IMG/VR virus record: IMGVR_UViG_3300047553_000365
Location: 64,001 to 128,000 of that record
Direction: 5' to 3' (one strand)
DNA from: a virus
DNA length: 64,000 nt
The position numbers and the translations under genes were made by a program. The first letter of the stretch is position 1, and every line of letters starts with the position of its first letter. The notes under the pieces were generated by a model. The model was not told the DNA's origin. It saw only the letters and a program-made list of their open reading frames with translations, and ran no database searches. Below are positions 35,460 through 44,631 of this stretch, piece by piece.

Positions 35460-36328
35460 TATACGTGATCCATAAATCCTGCGTGTTCGATTGTGAGAGA
35501 TTGGAATGTCATGGAAACAAGATATGCTTCCGGTTCAATAACACCATTTATCTCTCTTCTTGTTCCAATAAAGTCAACAGCAAAATCACTACAATAGGCC
35601 CATCTGATAAATCTATGACCGGGAATTCTAATCTTATAGATTCTTGGCGGTTCTACTGTTAAGCTATTCTTTCTTAAAGGTCTATTTATTCTTGTTAGCT
35701 TATCGATCAGCTCTCTGTTTTTCTGTAAGCTATCAGCGTTGATAGTATTTGATAATACAAATGTCACTTCAATGGGACCATCTGTTTTATCGTATTGGTA
35801 ATACATTGGAGTTTCAATGTATGTACCGGGACTCATGTTGGTAGCAAATTGATTATTAAAAAAGTCTTTAACCCCTGCCCATCCACCTATAGCACCCGCA
35901 TTTTCAGCGTTTTTCTTGAAGGTATCCATTCCTTTATCTGCACCAGTTATATTCTTAAGTTCTCCCAACCCACCGAAAAGTTGTTTGACCATTTCATTTA
36001 CTTCACTACCTATACCACCTGAAGATGCACTACTTGGTCCTGCAAACGAATCACCGAAAGCGTTTGAGAATCCCCTAATACGATCACTAAACATCGGAAA
36101 ATTAAAATCATCTTCCTCAGTTACAGACTCCGAATACATCCTATCATAAAACTCATCAGCACTCTTATCTTGAGTATCGTATATATTCATATAACCCCTA
36201 AATGCCAACATGATTTGATTGGCATTTATCTTATATGATTTCACTATAGCCTTTGGTGCAGAATTTCTCAAACCAGATCCTCTTGGGGAACTGGTCCAAT
36301 CATAATCTCTGACTACATCGTATCTCAT
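35459..36328 (-). CDS. Baseplate tail-tube cap/initiator (gp48/gp54-like)
   Basis: Position; F.LSNT, PPRIYKIRIPG and Y.VSMTFQSL patterns. Confidence 0.5.
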   Translation of the reverse strand: MRYDVVRDYDWTSSPRGSGLRNSAPKAIVKSYKINANQIMLAFRGYMNIYDTQDKSADEFYDRMYSESVTEEDDFNFPMFSDRIRGFSNAFGDSFAGPSSASSGGIGSEVNEMVKQLFGGLGELKNITGADKGMDTFKKNAENAGAIGGWAGVKDFFNNQFATNMSPGTYIETPMYYQYDKTDGPIEVTFVLSNTINADSLQKNRELIDKLTRINRPLRKNSLTVEPPRIYKIRIPGHRFIRWAYCSDFAVDFIGTRREINGVIEPEAYLVSMTFQSLTIEHAGFMDHV

Positions 36329-36338
36329 ATTTTATTAT

Positions 36339-38249
36339 TTATGCTTGTGCATAAGGACTAGCCCTATAGCCGTCTCTATTATTACCTACTGGAATTCTAT
36401 TAGTTGAAGAGGATTGATTTTGAACAGGCAATACTATAGGTGGGCCACCGCTAGAATTGTTTCCACTAATTCTCTTCAATTCCTTTAAGGATAATGTGCT
36501 TATAGTTACTAGGCTTGCCAGTAGCTCGACATTTTTAGATGATAGCTCTTCAAGAGTATTGATAGGTTTAGATTCTTTTGATATTGCACCAAAGTTTATT
36601 TTGCTCGCTTCCTCTGCTTTCTTAGCTTTTGCAGCGTTGGTCGAATTTGGCGATGATTTACCTTCACCGAAAAATGAATTCCATGACCAGTCTTGATTAA
36701 GCATACTTAAAATACCTGATCCTTTTTTAGCACCATTACTTATTCCAGCCTTTAAACTTTTTATAGTTTCTTTAGCGGAATCTACTAGTGTATCTACAAG
36801 TCCCTTATGTTCATCTTTTACATCATTCTGTGCATTTTTCAAATATTCGTATGCTTTGTTTCCTCCCAAGACTTTATCTACAGAACTATAGACCCAATCA
36901 GATGCATTATTAATTACCTTTGTAGTTTTCTCTGAAAGATAACCCCAAAAACCCTTTTTAACTCCATCATCAGATTTTAGAGGTTCTGCGGTCTTTTCCT
37001 CTCCACCAAAGAATGAAGTTAGTAAGGAGAATCCTTCCATAGCACCGGGAGCTAAAAATCTACTCATTCCATTTGCTACAGCCATAAGACCCTCTTTCTT
37101 TCTTCCACTCTTAAAGAATTTATTAGCATCTACCATTAACTTAACCCCACTCAATAATGGGATTTTGTCGGCATTATCCCACAACCAATCACCTATAGAT
37201 TTAGCCCATCCCTTAATAGTTTCCCATCCATGTTTTTCAAATGAAACATCTTTTGGTTTTTCTTTAGGACTTAAGAATCCAACTAAGGTTGCAAACCCTG
37301 TGAATATTTGATCGACTCCTATAAATCCAAGAAATGCTCGTCCTAAGTCGATAAGACCACCTTTGGTATCGCCAATGGCAAACTTGTATTGTGCATCAGT
37401 AAATCTTTTGATCCCTCCAAGAATTGGAAGATACTCTGCTTTAGACCAAATAAAATCACCTATATTGGATGCCCATCCTTTAATGGTCCCCCACGCATTC
37501 GCATTGCTTAATGATCCACCTTCGTCAAACATTCCCTTTTGTTCAGCATATGCAATTAATATATCTGCACCAATAGATAGTATAGGGCCAACGCCCGGAA
37601 TTAGATTTAAAAAGGCTGATATTAATTCTGCCACGCCTTTAGCTATATCCCCCTGCATAAATGCCGTGGCAGCATAGGCAAACCCAACAATAGCACCTAC
37701 GATTGGGAGTCTTTTCAACACATGTTTTGTAAATCTTTTTAAGAATAATTTGCTTACTAGTTTCAACCCTCCCCAAATACCTACTTTACCAATAGTCTTT
37801 ACCCATCCACCAGCGTTTCCAAACACCCCAAACAACGAGGCTATGATGCCACCAATACTGGCAGCGACTAGAGCTAATCCCCCAACAACCATTTTGATAA
37901 TAGACATAAGAGGACTTCCCTCTTTCTTCTCTTTAGCAAAACTGTATTTTTGTCTATCCTTATTGATTTTCTCAACTAAGGTTCTTTCTTTACTATCCCT
38001 CTCTTGTGTCTTCTTGTAATCAAAAAAGACCTTAGCAAATATCGAAAATGTTTCAACGGCTCTTTTCCTTTCCTTTGGGGAAAGCCTAGATGGTTGAACC
38101 TTCTGTCCCCTGTCTAAAGTGGACTTTTCGGACTTGATAACATTCTTATCTACTATCAATTCCCCCGAATCAGGAACACCCCTTTCTGATGAAAGCCGCT
38201 CTAGCAGCCCCATCATCTTTGATAGAAGGTCAAATGTCTGTTCGTTCAC
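36339..38249 (-). CDS. Tape-measure-like protein (gp29-like)
   Basis: 636 aa, Gly/Ala-rich amphipathic helices with internal Trp-containing repeats; lies between hub assembly genes and tube cap. Confidence 0.6.
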   Translation of the reverse strand: MNEQTFDLLSKMMGLLERLSSERGVPDSGELIVDKNVIKSEKSTLDRGQKVQPSRLSPKERKRAVETFSIFAKVFFDYKKTQERDSKERTLVEKINKDRQKYSFAKEKKEGSPLMSIIKMVVGGLALVAASIGGIIASLFGVFGNAGGWVKTIGKVGIWGGLKLVSKLFLKRFTKHVLKRLPIVGAIVGFAYAATAFMQGDIAKGVAELISAFLNLIPGVGPILSIGADILIAYAEQKGMFDEGGSLSNANAWGTIKGWASNIGDFIWSKAEYLPILGGIKRFTDAQYKFAIGDTKGGLIDLGRAFLGFIGVDQIFTGFATLVGFLSPKEKPKDVSFEKHGWETIKGWAKSIGDWLWDNADKIPLLSGVKLMVDANKFFKSGRKKEGLMAVANGMSRFLAPGAMEGFSLLTSFFGGEEKTAEPLKSDDGVKKGFWGYLSEKTTKVINNASDWVYSSVDKVLGGNKAYEYLKNAQNDVKDEHKGLVDTLVDSAKETIKSLKAGISNGAKKGSGILSMLNQDWSWNSFFGEGKSSPNSTNAAKAKKAEEASKINFGAISKESKPINTLEELSSKNVELLASLVTISTLSLKELKRISGNNSSGGPPIVLPVQNQSSSTNRIPVGNNRDGYRASPYAQA

Positions 38250-38257
38250 ATATATAT

Positions 38258-38989
38258 TTAATCGTTGGTATCAAAGAAGGACACATCAATATCCACGGAA
38301 TTTCCACTATCATCCGTTAATAGGGTATTTTCAGCACTTTTAATCTTCTGAATAAAGGCTATGGCCTTTCTATTAACCTCTAATGGTAGGTTTTCAACCA
38401 CCTTATATCTGTCCTTGACGGGAATCTTATCGAATTCCAGTTCTTCATTACCAATGACTAATTTTGATATATATTTAACAATCTCAAAAGTATAGATTTG
38501 TCCAATTGACTTACTCACATTATTTTCCTCAACTTTAGTATTATCAATGGAGTATTTCAAAATCTTATTTTCTTCACTTATCTTGGGTGTCTCTAAATGA
38601 AGGATAACTTCTCCCTTAACTACCTCTGTTTTTGGAGGATTGAATTTAGAGACATTATTTAACAGAGATGATATTTTTACCACACCATCTGTTATTACAA
38701 CATCATCACTAATTGATTCCTGTCTCAACTTTAAAATGATAGGCAATTTATCTGTAACTAACAAATCTTGATTATCAGTATTTTCCAACACTACATCATT
38801 CAAAATCTTTTGAAATTTTAATACTCCAATAAACCCATCTCCAATAGTGCTGATGATGTCCTTCTGTTGTTTGAAAGTTAGGTTCTGGCAGCTAATCTCC
38901 TTATTTAGAGAGGCAACAAAAACCTTAGTATTCTTCTTATCACCAAGCTCTTGAATCTTATCCAAGAAATCTTTAATATTGTTTTCCAT
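38258..38989 (-). CDS. Baseplate hub assembly protein (gp26-like)
   Basis: LTFKQQKDI, LKLRQESISD and VENLP patterns; position. Confidence 0.55.
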   Translation of the reverse strand: MENNIKDFLDKIQELGDKKNTKVFVASLNKEISCQNLTFKQQKDIISTIGDGFIGVLKFQKILNDVVLENTDNQDLLVTDKLPIILKLRQESISDDVVITDGVVKISSLLNNVSKFNPPKTEVVKGEVILHLETPKISEENKILKYSIDNTKVEENNVSKSIGQIYTFEIVKYISKLVIGNEELEFDKIPVKDRYKVVENLPLEVNRKAIAFIQKIKSAENTLLTDDSGNSVDIDVSFFDTND

Positions 38990-39010
38990 GATTGTATTTA
39001 GAATGGCGGG

Positions 39011-39736
39011 TTATAATTTCAAGTGGTTATTTTTGGTTTCAATTTCGGAAGTAAGCTTCTTTGTGTAATAGTCAATATCCTGTAATGTGCTGTTCATCAA
39101 CACGTTACCATCTATCTTCTCTGATAAGTGATATATAACATCTCTGAAATAGTCCTCTCCATATGAGGAAAATAGCCTTCTAAGAAAGACCACCGAATCT
39201 ACTGTTAAGAAATTTAATTTAATATCTGCAAATAAAAGATCATCAAAGGATAATATCTTATCCTTATATTCAGAAATATGTTTAATTATAACATTATATA
39301 ATTTTGGAGGAAGACTGTCAAGTATAATTTGTTTATCCTCTTCCTTAAGTTTATCTATATTGATAACAGTATTATGAATACTTATAGTTCGAATAATATC
39401 ATAAATAGGTATGACATCAGAGATCTTAAATTTTTTTGGTATGCTTAATTCTACCTTGTAAGGATCGAATGATACAAACATCGGTTCATTAATATCAGTT
39501 GTCTTCAACTGATCCATTATATAAGATACATTCATCTTAATGTCCTTACCATCTCTATTAAAATTCATAGTTGGAGAAACATCGATATTCCAACAATTCA
39601 ATATGTTCATGAATTTGTCATATGTAGTGTCTCCTCCAAAACTATTAATATACTCTAGAAAAAAACTATCGTTTCCTTTAACGAGTTGTTCTGTAATTGT
39701 TTGAAGATCCTTAAATGTTATTTTATTTTTAGTCAT
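39011..39736 (-). CDS. Baseplate hub assembly protein (gp26/gp51-like)
   Basis: Position; ILDSLP pattern similar to the neighbouring gene. Confidence 0.4.
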   Translation of the reverse strand: MTKNKITFKDLQTITEQLVKGNDSFFLEYINSFGGDTTYDKFMNILNCWNIDVSPTMNFNRDGKDIKMNVSYIMDQLKTTDINEPMFVSFDPYKVELSIPKKFKISDVIPIYDIIRTISIHNTVINIDKLKEEDKQIILDSLPPKLYNVIIKHISEYKDKILSFDDLLFADIKLNFLTVDSVVFLRRLFSSYGEDYFRDVIYHLSEKIDGNVLMNSTLQDIDYYTKKLTSEIETKNNHLKL

Positions 39737-40368
39737 TACACTAAGAAGTTAGGTAAACTATAATCCATCTGCTCGTAATTTTCACATGCAAATGTTACAG
39801 ACTTCACTCTGAAATCTGTGGAATCATAGTTCATGGTATATCCCTCAACTGCTGTGGGAAATACTTTGTTAAACTTAAATCCTTTTAAGAATATTCCTTG
39901 GTTACTATAACACTTAACATTTATAGTAGCTTTGAGATTTGGTCCTGATTCAATGAGTCCTTTAATACCTATAGCAATGGCCCAAGGTCTAAAGAAGTTG
40001 TGTTCAATATCCACAGTGGTTTCTAAAAAATTAATAGAAAATGATCTGTCTAAAAAGTTACTTCTAGATGTAAGACCATATCCCGGTAGAAAGCCCCCCA
40101 TGGCTCCTCCTGTTTCTGTAGCCGCAAAGGATGAGGTTTCTTGGGGTAATGCTACCTCCTGTGCCACTAGCAGGTTCTTACTTCCTGTCATGTTTCTAGG
40201 AGTGGCAAGGTCTGATGCTCTCCACTTCTCTCCAGCATTGGCTAAAACATTATTAATAGAATCTGCTTCCACTCCATCAATAGTAACTGCCCAAAGGACA
40301 GGAAGGTTCATGAAGAACCTTGGATCATACGAGAAAGCGTATAGAAATTCTTTGATGTTGAGTATCAT
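39736..40368 (-). CDS. Tail-tube-fold protein (gp54/gp19-like)
   Basis: VALPQE, SINFLET, FFRPW and FNKVFPT..VTFAC patterns. Confidence 0.65.
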   Translation of the reverse strand: MILNIKEFLYAFSYDPRFFMNLPVLWAVTIDGVEADSINNVLANAGEKWRASDLATPRNMTGSKNLLVAQEVALPQETSSFAATETGGAMGGFLPGYGLTSRSNFLDRSFSINFLETTVDIEHNFFRPWAIAIGIKGLIESGPNLKATINVKCYSNQGIFLKGFKFNKVFPTAVEGYTMNYDSTDFRVKSVTFACENYEQMDYSLPNFLV

Positions 40369-40393
40369 AAAATTATTTACCGTAGTAAACGAA

Positions 40394-40421
40394 AAATCCT
40401 AGCTTTTTAGGGCTAGGATTT
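40394..40421 (-). terminator. Rho-independent terminator after the tail tube gene
   Basis: aatcctagc / gctaggatt 9-bp stem, 8-nt loop, followed by a T-rich run on the minus strand. Confidence 0.7.
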
Positions 40422-40441
40422 CGAAAATATGTTATATCATA

Positions 40442-41008
40442 TTAGCTTGAGAAGTTCTCATACCAGTGGTAGGAGAAGGTGCAAGGAATGGATAGAACCT
40501 CACCTGTACCATCTGCGATCTGATATGCTACTTCTCCAATGTCTCTAATTGAAACACCTACTAGTTTGATTTGTTCGATAACATCTAAACCTTGACCACC
40601 TTCATTATTTTGTCCGCAAGGAACTGATAACACATCTAGAATGATGTAGTGTTGTGGTCCGGGCATACACATTTGACCAGTAGTTGTGTCGTTGTCGAAT
40701 GCTGCTCTGGATGCTTTTTCAAGTTTCTTACGAAGATGTAAATCTTGTGTGTGATAGAACTCAATAGAGTATGCTTCAGAACCGGGATAAGTTGACTTAC
40801 CATTAAGGTTGAATTGTTGACCAGAATAGTTAACAATCTTATTCTCGATATTTCTACCGGGAATGGATGCTGTTTTCGCAAACACCAGTTCATCTTCACC
40901 ATTCAATGAAAGACCCGGAAGTTCGATTTGTTTAACTCTCATGAAGAAGTCCCTTTGGAACTGTCTCTGAGATGCTAAGTTGAAGAATGTATTAATTGTA
41001 GCGGGCAT
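40442..41008 (-). CDS. Tail tube protein (gp19-like)
   Basis: FAKTASIPGR, YSGQQFNLNGKSTY and CTFSYHWY motifs; immediately after the sheath gene. Confidence 0.85.
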   Translation of the reverse strand: MPATINTFFNLASQRQFQRDFFMRVKQIELPGLSLNGEDELVFAKTASIPGRNIENKIVNYSGQQFNLNGKSTYPGSEAYSIEFYHTQDLHLRKKLEKASRAAFDNDTTTGQMCMPGPQHYIILDVLSVPCGQNNEGGQGLDVIEQIKLVGVSIRDIGEVAYQIADGTGEVLSIPCTFSYHWYENFSS

Positions 41009-41033
41009 ATTATTATTTATCTATAATGTTAAA

Positions 41034-43337
41034 TTATCCTCCAATTAACTCTTGGAAATTAGCATCTGTTCTAGTTGCAATGAAGGTTACGAGGATATAC
41101 TCAGCAGTTCTCACTGGCTTGATGTAGATATCTGCTCTCATTTCATTGTTATCGATAACTTCTCCTGTGTTGTTTCTTTCGTCACAGACAATCACATAGT
41201 CGTAGATACCACCATTGTTCTTCGCATATTCAAAGAGTGGTGTCAGAGTGTTTACGAATCTTGTTCTTGTAAACTCAGTGTTAGGTTCGAAGACAAAGAA
41301 CTTAGATGCTTTCTTAGTTGGTCTTTCCAATGCTAGGAATGCTCTACGAACATTGATTCTGTCGAATGCACTTGGTTTTCTACTCATGGTCTTTTGACCG
41401 AAGATTGCCATACCTTGTGATGGAGAGAAGAGAACAGGGTTTAGATTGCTCTTATACAGTTCGTCTCTTTGCTTTTGGTTAGGAGTGATTGCAATGTTGA
41501 TTACATTACCACTCACCAATCCTCTTGTGTAACCTGCTGGTGCAGACCAAGGGAATTCAGCGGCATCTGTTCTAGCATATGCAGCAGCAGCCACAGGGGA
41601 GAATGGAACCCAGATTCTGTCTCCTAAGAAGTCATCATAAACTTGCGCCCAGTTTGCATAAACTGCTGCATAGGATGTATTCTCAAGTTCGAATTGGTGT
41701 CTCATTGCCCAATACACATCTGTTTGGAAGTTCTTAGTGCGATCCGATAGAATCTTACTATCCTTACCAGTCACCATAATGTGTCTGATTGGGTCTGCAA
41801 TAAAGATACAGTCACCACGACCACCAGTGTTGGATGGAAGGTTACAGAAGTTTTCAAACTTGTTGAAGATTGTGCTGTAGTTAGCTCTCACAGTTTCACC
41901 AGAAGCACCAAGATCATTTGATGTTCTCAGAGATGCCATTGCACCGCTGATTGCTGCATTATACAGAGTGTCATCGTAGTAGGTTGTTCCTGCTGCTTGA
42001 GTGATGGTGTAGATGGTTCCAAGACCAGCTTCCACCACAACGTCAATGTCGTAGATTTCATCGTTCTTAACCAATTCAAGAACTCTATCAATCTTATCGG
42101 GAATCGAACCAAGATCCTTAGAACTGATTTGACCAGATGAGTAAGCACCTACTGGATATAGATTATCAGCCAATCCTAGAGTGCTGTAGAGTGTTCCATA
42201 ACCACCACTATCGATACCTGTTGCATCTAGGGATGCGGCAGATAGAGTAGTTGTAAGAACTCTAACTTTTCTGGTAGGTAGTCCATCAACACCAACCGCA
42301 GTAGTTGAATACTTGTTGGAGATGTATGGGTTTACCAGAACTTCAATGTTGTTGTTTTCGGAGTCTCTGCTTTCTAAGAAGAACGAGACAGGAGAACCAC
42401 CGCTTTGATTTGGAATGGTTCTGAAGGTATCAATAGATCCAACAACACCACTATCCAGAATGTAATCCAGTTTGTAGGATTCTGTAGCATACAGACTCTT
42501 ACGAAGTTTGAACACCCCGATGTTAAGAAGATCATCATCTTCTCTACCGTCAATGTTGTAGTTGGTTAGGTTCTCCATGATTTCGGAGATGCTTCCAGAA
42601 GTTCCACTTCCAGTTGCGGTTAAGCTGAACTGTAGAGTTCCCAGAGGAATGTCAGTAAAGCTTGAAGTAAATGTGGCAGACACGCTTACCGACTTGGCTC
42701 CAATGATCGCATCATAGTCAGATGATGGATTGATGTTGGAGTTGTCAGCAATGGCAACATAATAGCCTTCAAATTGGCTATTGATAGTTGTTTGAGCCTT
42801 GTTAAGAATGATAAGACCAGCTTTACCCAATTCAGAGAATGCGGAAAGTTGGCTTCTGTTACAACCCGATTGACTCCATGTGAATAGAGAACCTTCTTTA
42901 ATTTGAAGGTATTGTGTTTCGCTAAGAGTTACTTGAACAGGCGCACCAAGAACAATAGTAGAATCCGCAGTAGTAAGGTCTACCTTAACAGCGGAAAGAG
43001 CGGTATCATAAGCTTTTGCTGGATACACAAGAGCGGAGTATTCTGATCCGAATCCTACACCTGAACCACTACCATAAGGAAGTCTTGCAGTATAGATATG
43101 AGCATTGGAATTTAACAATTCCTTAACACCATGATAAAAGTATCTTTCAGCACTATTGGTAGGTGTGCCGTAGATTTGGTCCAACTCTGCTTTGGAAGAA
43201 ATTTTAATAATCTCATCGGTATAGCCTTGTGGCGCATATCCTGCGATGAATACATTTGTTCCTACATTTGGTTGGGCGATAAGAGACACATCCTTTTCGA
43301 AAATCTCGACACCCGGAGATAAAATTGATCTTTGCAT
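41034..43337 (-). CDS. Contractile tail sheath protein (gp18-like)
   Basis: LSPGVEIFEKD, PWSAPAGYTRG, RDELYKSNLNPV, GQKT..SAFDRINVRR, FVFEPNTEFTR and YIKPVRTAEYI motifs. Confidence 0.95.
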   Translation of the reverse strand: MQRSILSPGVEIFEKDVSLIAQPNVGTNVFIAGYAPQGYTDEIIKISSKAELDQIYGTPTNSAERYFYHGVKELLNSNAHIYTARLPYGSGSGVGFGSEYSALVYPAKAYDTALSAVKVDLTTADSTIVLGAPVQVTLSETQYLQIKEGSLFTWSQSGCNRSQLSAFSELGKAGLIILNKAQTTINSQFEGYYVAIADNSNINPSSDYDAIIGAKSVSVSATFTSSFTDIPLGTLQFSLTATGSGTSGSISEIMENLTNYNIDGREDDDLLNIGVFKLRKSLYATESYKLDYILDSGVVGSIDTFRTIPNQSGGSPVSFFLESRDSENNNIEVLVNPYISNKYSTTAVGVDGLPTRKVRVLTTTLSAASLDATGIDSGGYGTLYSTLGLADNLYPVGAYSSGQISSKDLGSIPDKIDRVLELVKNDEIYDIDVVVEAGLGTIYTITQAAGTTYYDDTLYNAAISGAMASLRTSNDLGASGETVRANYSTIFNKFENFCNLPSNTGGRGDCIFIADPIRHIMVTGKDSKILSDRTKNFQTDVYWAMRHQFELENTSYAAVYANWAQVYDDFLGDRIWVPFSPVAAAAYARTDAAEFPWSAPAGYTRGLVSGNVINIAITPNQKQRDELYKSNLNPVLFSPSQGMAIFGQKTMSRKPSAFDRINVRRAFLALERPTKKASKFFVFEPNTEFTRTRFVNTLTPLFEYAKNNGGIYDYVIVCDERNNTGEVIDNNEMRADIYIKPVRTAEYILVTFIATRTDANFQELIGG

Positions 43338-43376
43338 ACCTTTATTTAGCCTTTTTCGAACATAAATTTGGTAAAT

Positions 43377-43958
43377 TTATATTTCATTTAGTATTTCGAC
43401 ATGCATTTGGGAAAATAAGAAGGTAAATCCTGACACAAGTTCCACCCCTTCGGTCCCCTTTTGGTCATATTCTATAGGATCTAGGCTGGTTGGAAAGGCT
43501 TTCACATACTTAAAATGGATGCGTTTTTTGCCAAATTCGTCAAGTCCATAAACCGACAAATCTATCATATAATCATTAAAGTTGGCATCGTCTGGTTTAA
43601 GTCCTGCCTGATTGTAAACACCTGTTTTATGGTCATGTAGTAAGTTAAGCCAAGACCAAATAGTAAAATAATTGTTATACATAGAATCAATGACAAATTT
43701 TATGTTAACGGGGGGAGGAGTGTCCTTACTAAATGACGATATGTAAAGAGAGGAACCTGCAAATCGGGTTTCGACCCCCTTCACGGTAATTTCTGGTATA
43801 ACTGTGCCGAAAACTGAGAACTGAACACTATCAGGAATGACTGTCTTATTGTTTCGGTTATATTTTGCAGCAATTGGCTTCAAAATTGGCGGAAGGTCAA
43901 AGACAAGTATAAACTTGTCCTGACGGGCCTTATTGAGATACGACTGCTGAATGTCCAT
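43377..43958 (-). CDS. Tail tube terminator/completion protein (gp3-like)
   Basis: LN..RQDKF, VIPEI, FVIDS.YNNY..IW.WL and FPTSL..I.Y patterns. Confidence 0.7.
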   Translation of the reverse strand: MDIQQSYLNKARQDKFILVFDLPPILKPIAAKYNRNNKTVIPDSVQFSVFGTVIPEITVKGVETRFAGSSLYISSFSKDTPPPVNIKFVIDSMYNNYFTIWSWLNLLHDHKTGVYNQAGLKPDDANFNDYMIDLSVYGLDEFGKKRIHFKYVKAFPTSLDPIEYDQKGTEGVELVSGFTFLFSQMHVEILNEI

Positions 43959-43986
43959 GATAGTATTTAACTAGCTATTAACTTTC

Positions 43987-44607
43987 TTATCGGATTTTCA
44001 TTAATGTTAGTTTGGACTCACCTAGGTCAATTTCCACCATGATTTTAATACCCACCGTATTTAGTCTTGAGCTTCTTCTACCAGAGTAGATTCTTAGGGT
44101 ATCCTGAAGACCATCAAAAGTCATGTAAGTATAACCTGCCGCTTTGACTTTTTCGATAAACTTTGGTAATAGTTTTCCTATACCTATTCTATTTTCCTTA
44201 TTAATAACAAAATTAGCAGTGTAGAACGTGTTTTCGGGTGTTAGGGTATTTTCGATTCCATTTTGTAACAATGTTTCTTTAAACCCTTGGTCATAAAATT
44301 GAGCATTGTTGAAGTCGCCTTCATCCAGAGAATCAAGTTCATCATCTGCTCCCAGAGAATTTCCGTATATGTAACCCACAATTCTTTCATGGTCATCAAA
44401 CAATCCAAGCCCTATATAGCCCTCCAGATTATAATCATGTAACAAATCGTATTGGGATGACACATAATAGGTAAAATTCTTTCTTTCTATCTCTGCCATG
44501 TCTCCCACATACTGTCTAATGTCCACTTCTTTCAAATCCTTAACATAGGATTCTTTTAGAATGTTGGAGTTATAAAACTCCGAAAATGATCTAATGTGGT
44601 CACTCAT
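43987..44607 (-). CDS. Putative internal head protein with GNAT-like C-terminus
   Basis: SFSEFY...LKES leader; FVINKENRIGIGKLL..F.EK.K..GY.YM resembles GNAT motif A. Confidence 0.45.
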   Translation of the reverse strand: MSDHIRSFSEFYNSNILKESYVKDLKEVDIRQYVGDMAEIERKNFTYYVSSQYDLLHDYNLEGYIGLGLFDDHERIVGYIYGNSLGADDELDSLDEGDFNNAQFYDQGFKETLLQNGIENTLTPENTFYTANFVINKENRIGIGKLLPKFIEKVKAAGYTYMTFDGLQDTLRIYSGRRSSRLNTVGIKIMVEIDLGESKLTLMKIR

Positions 44608-44631
44608 ACTCAATTATTTACCAAAAATCTA

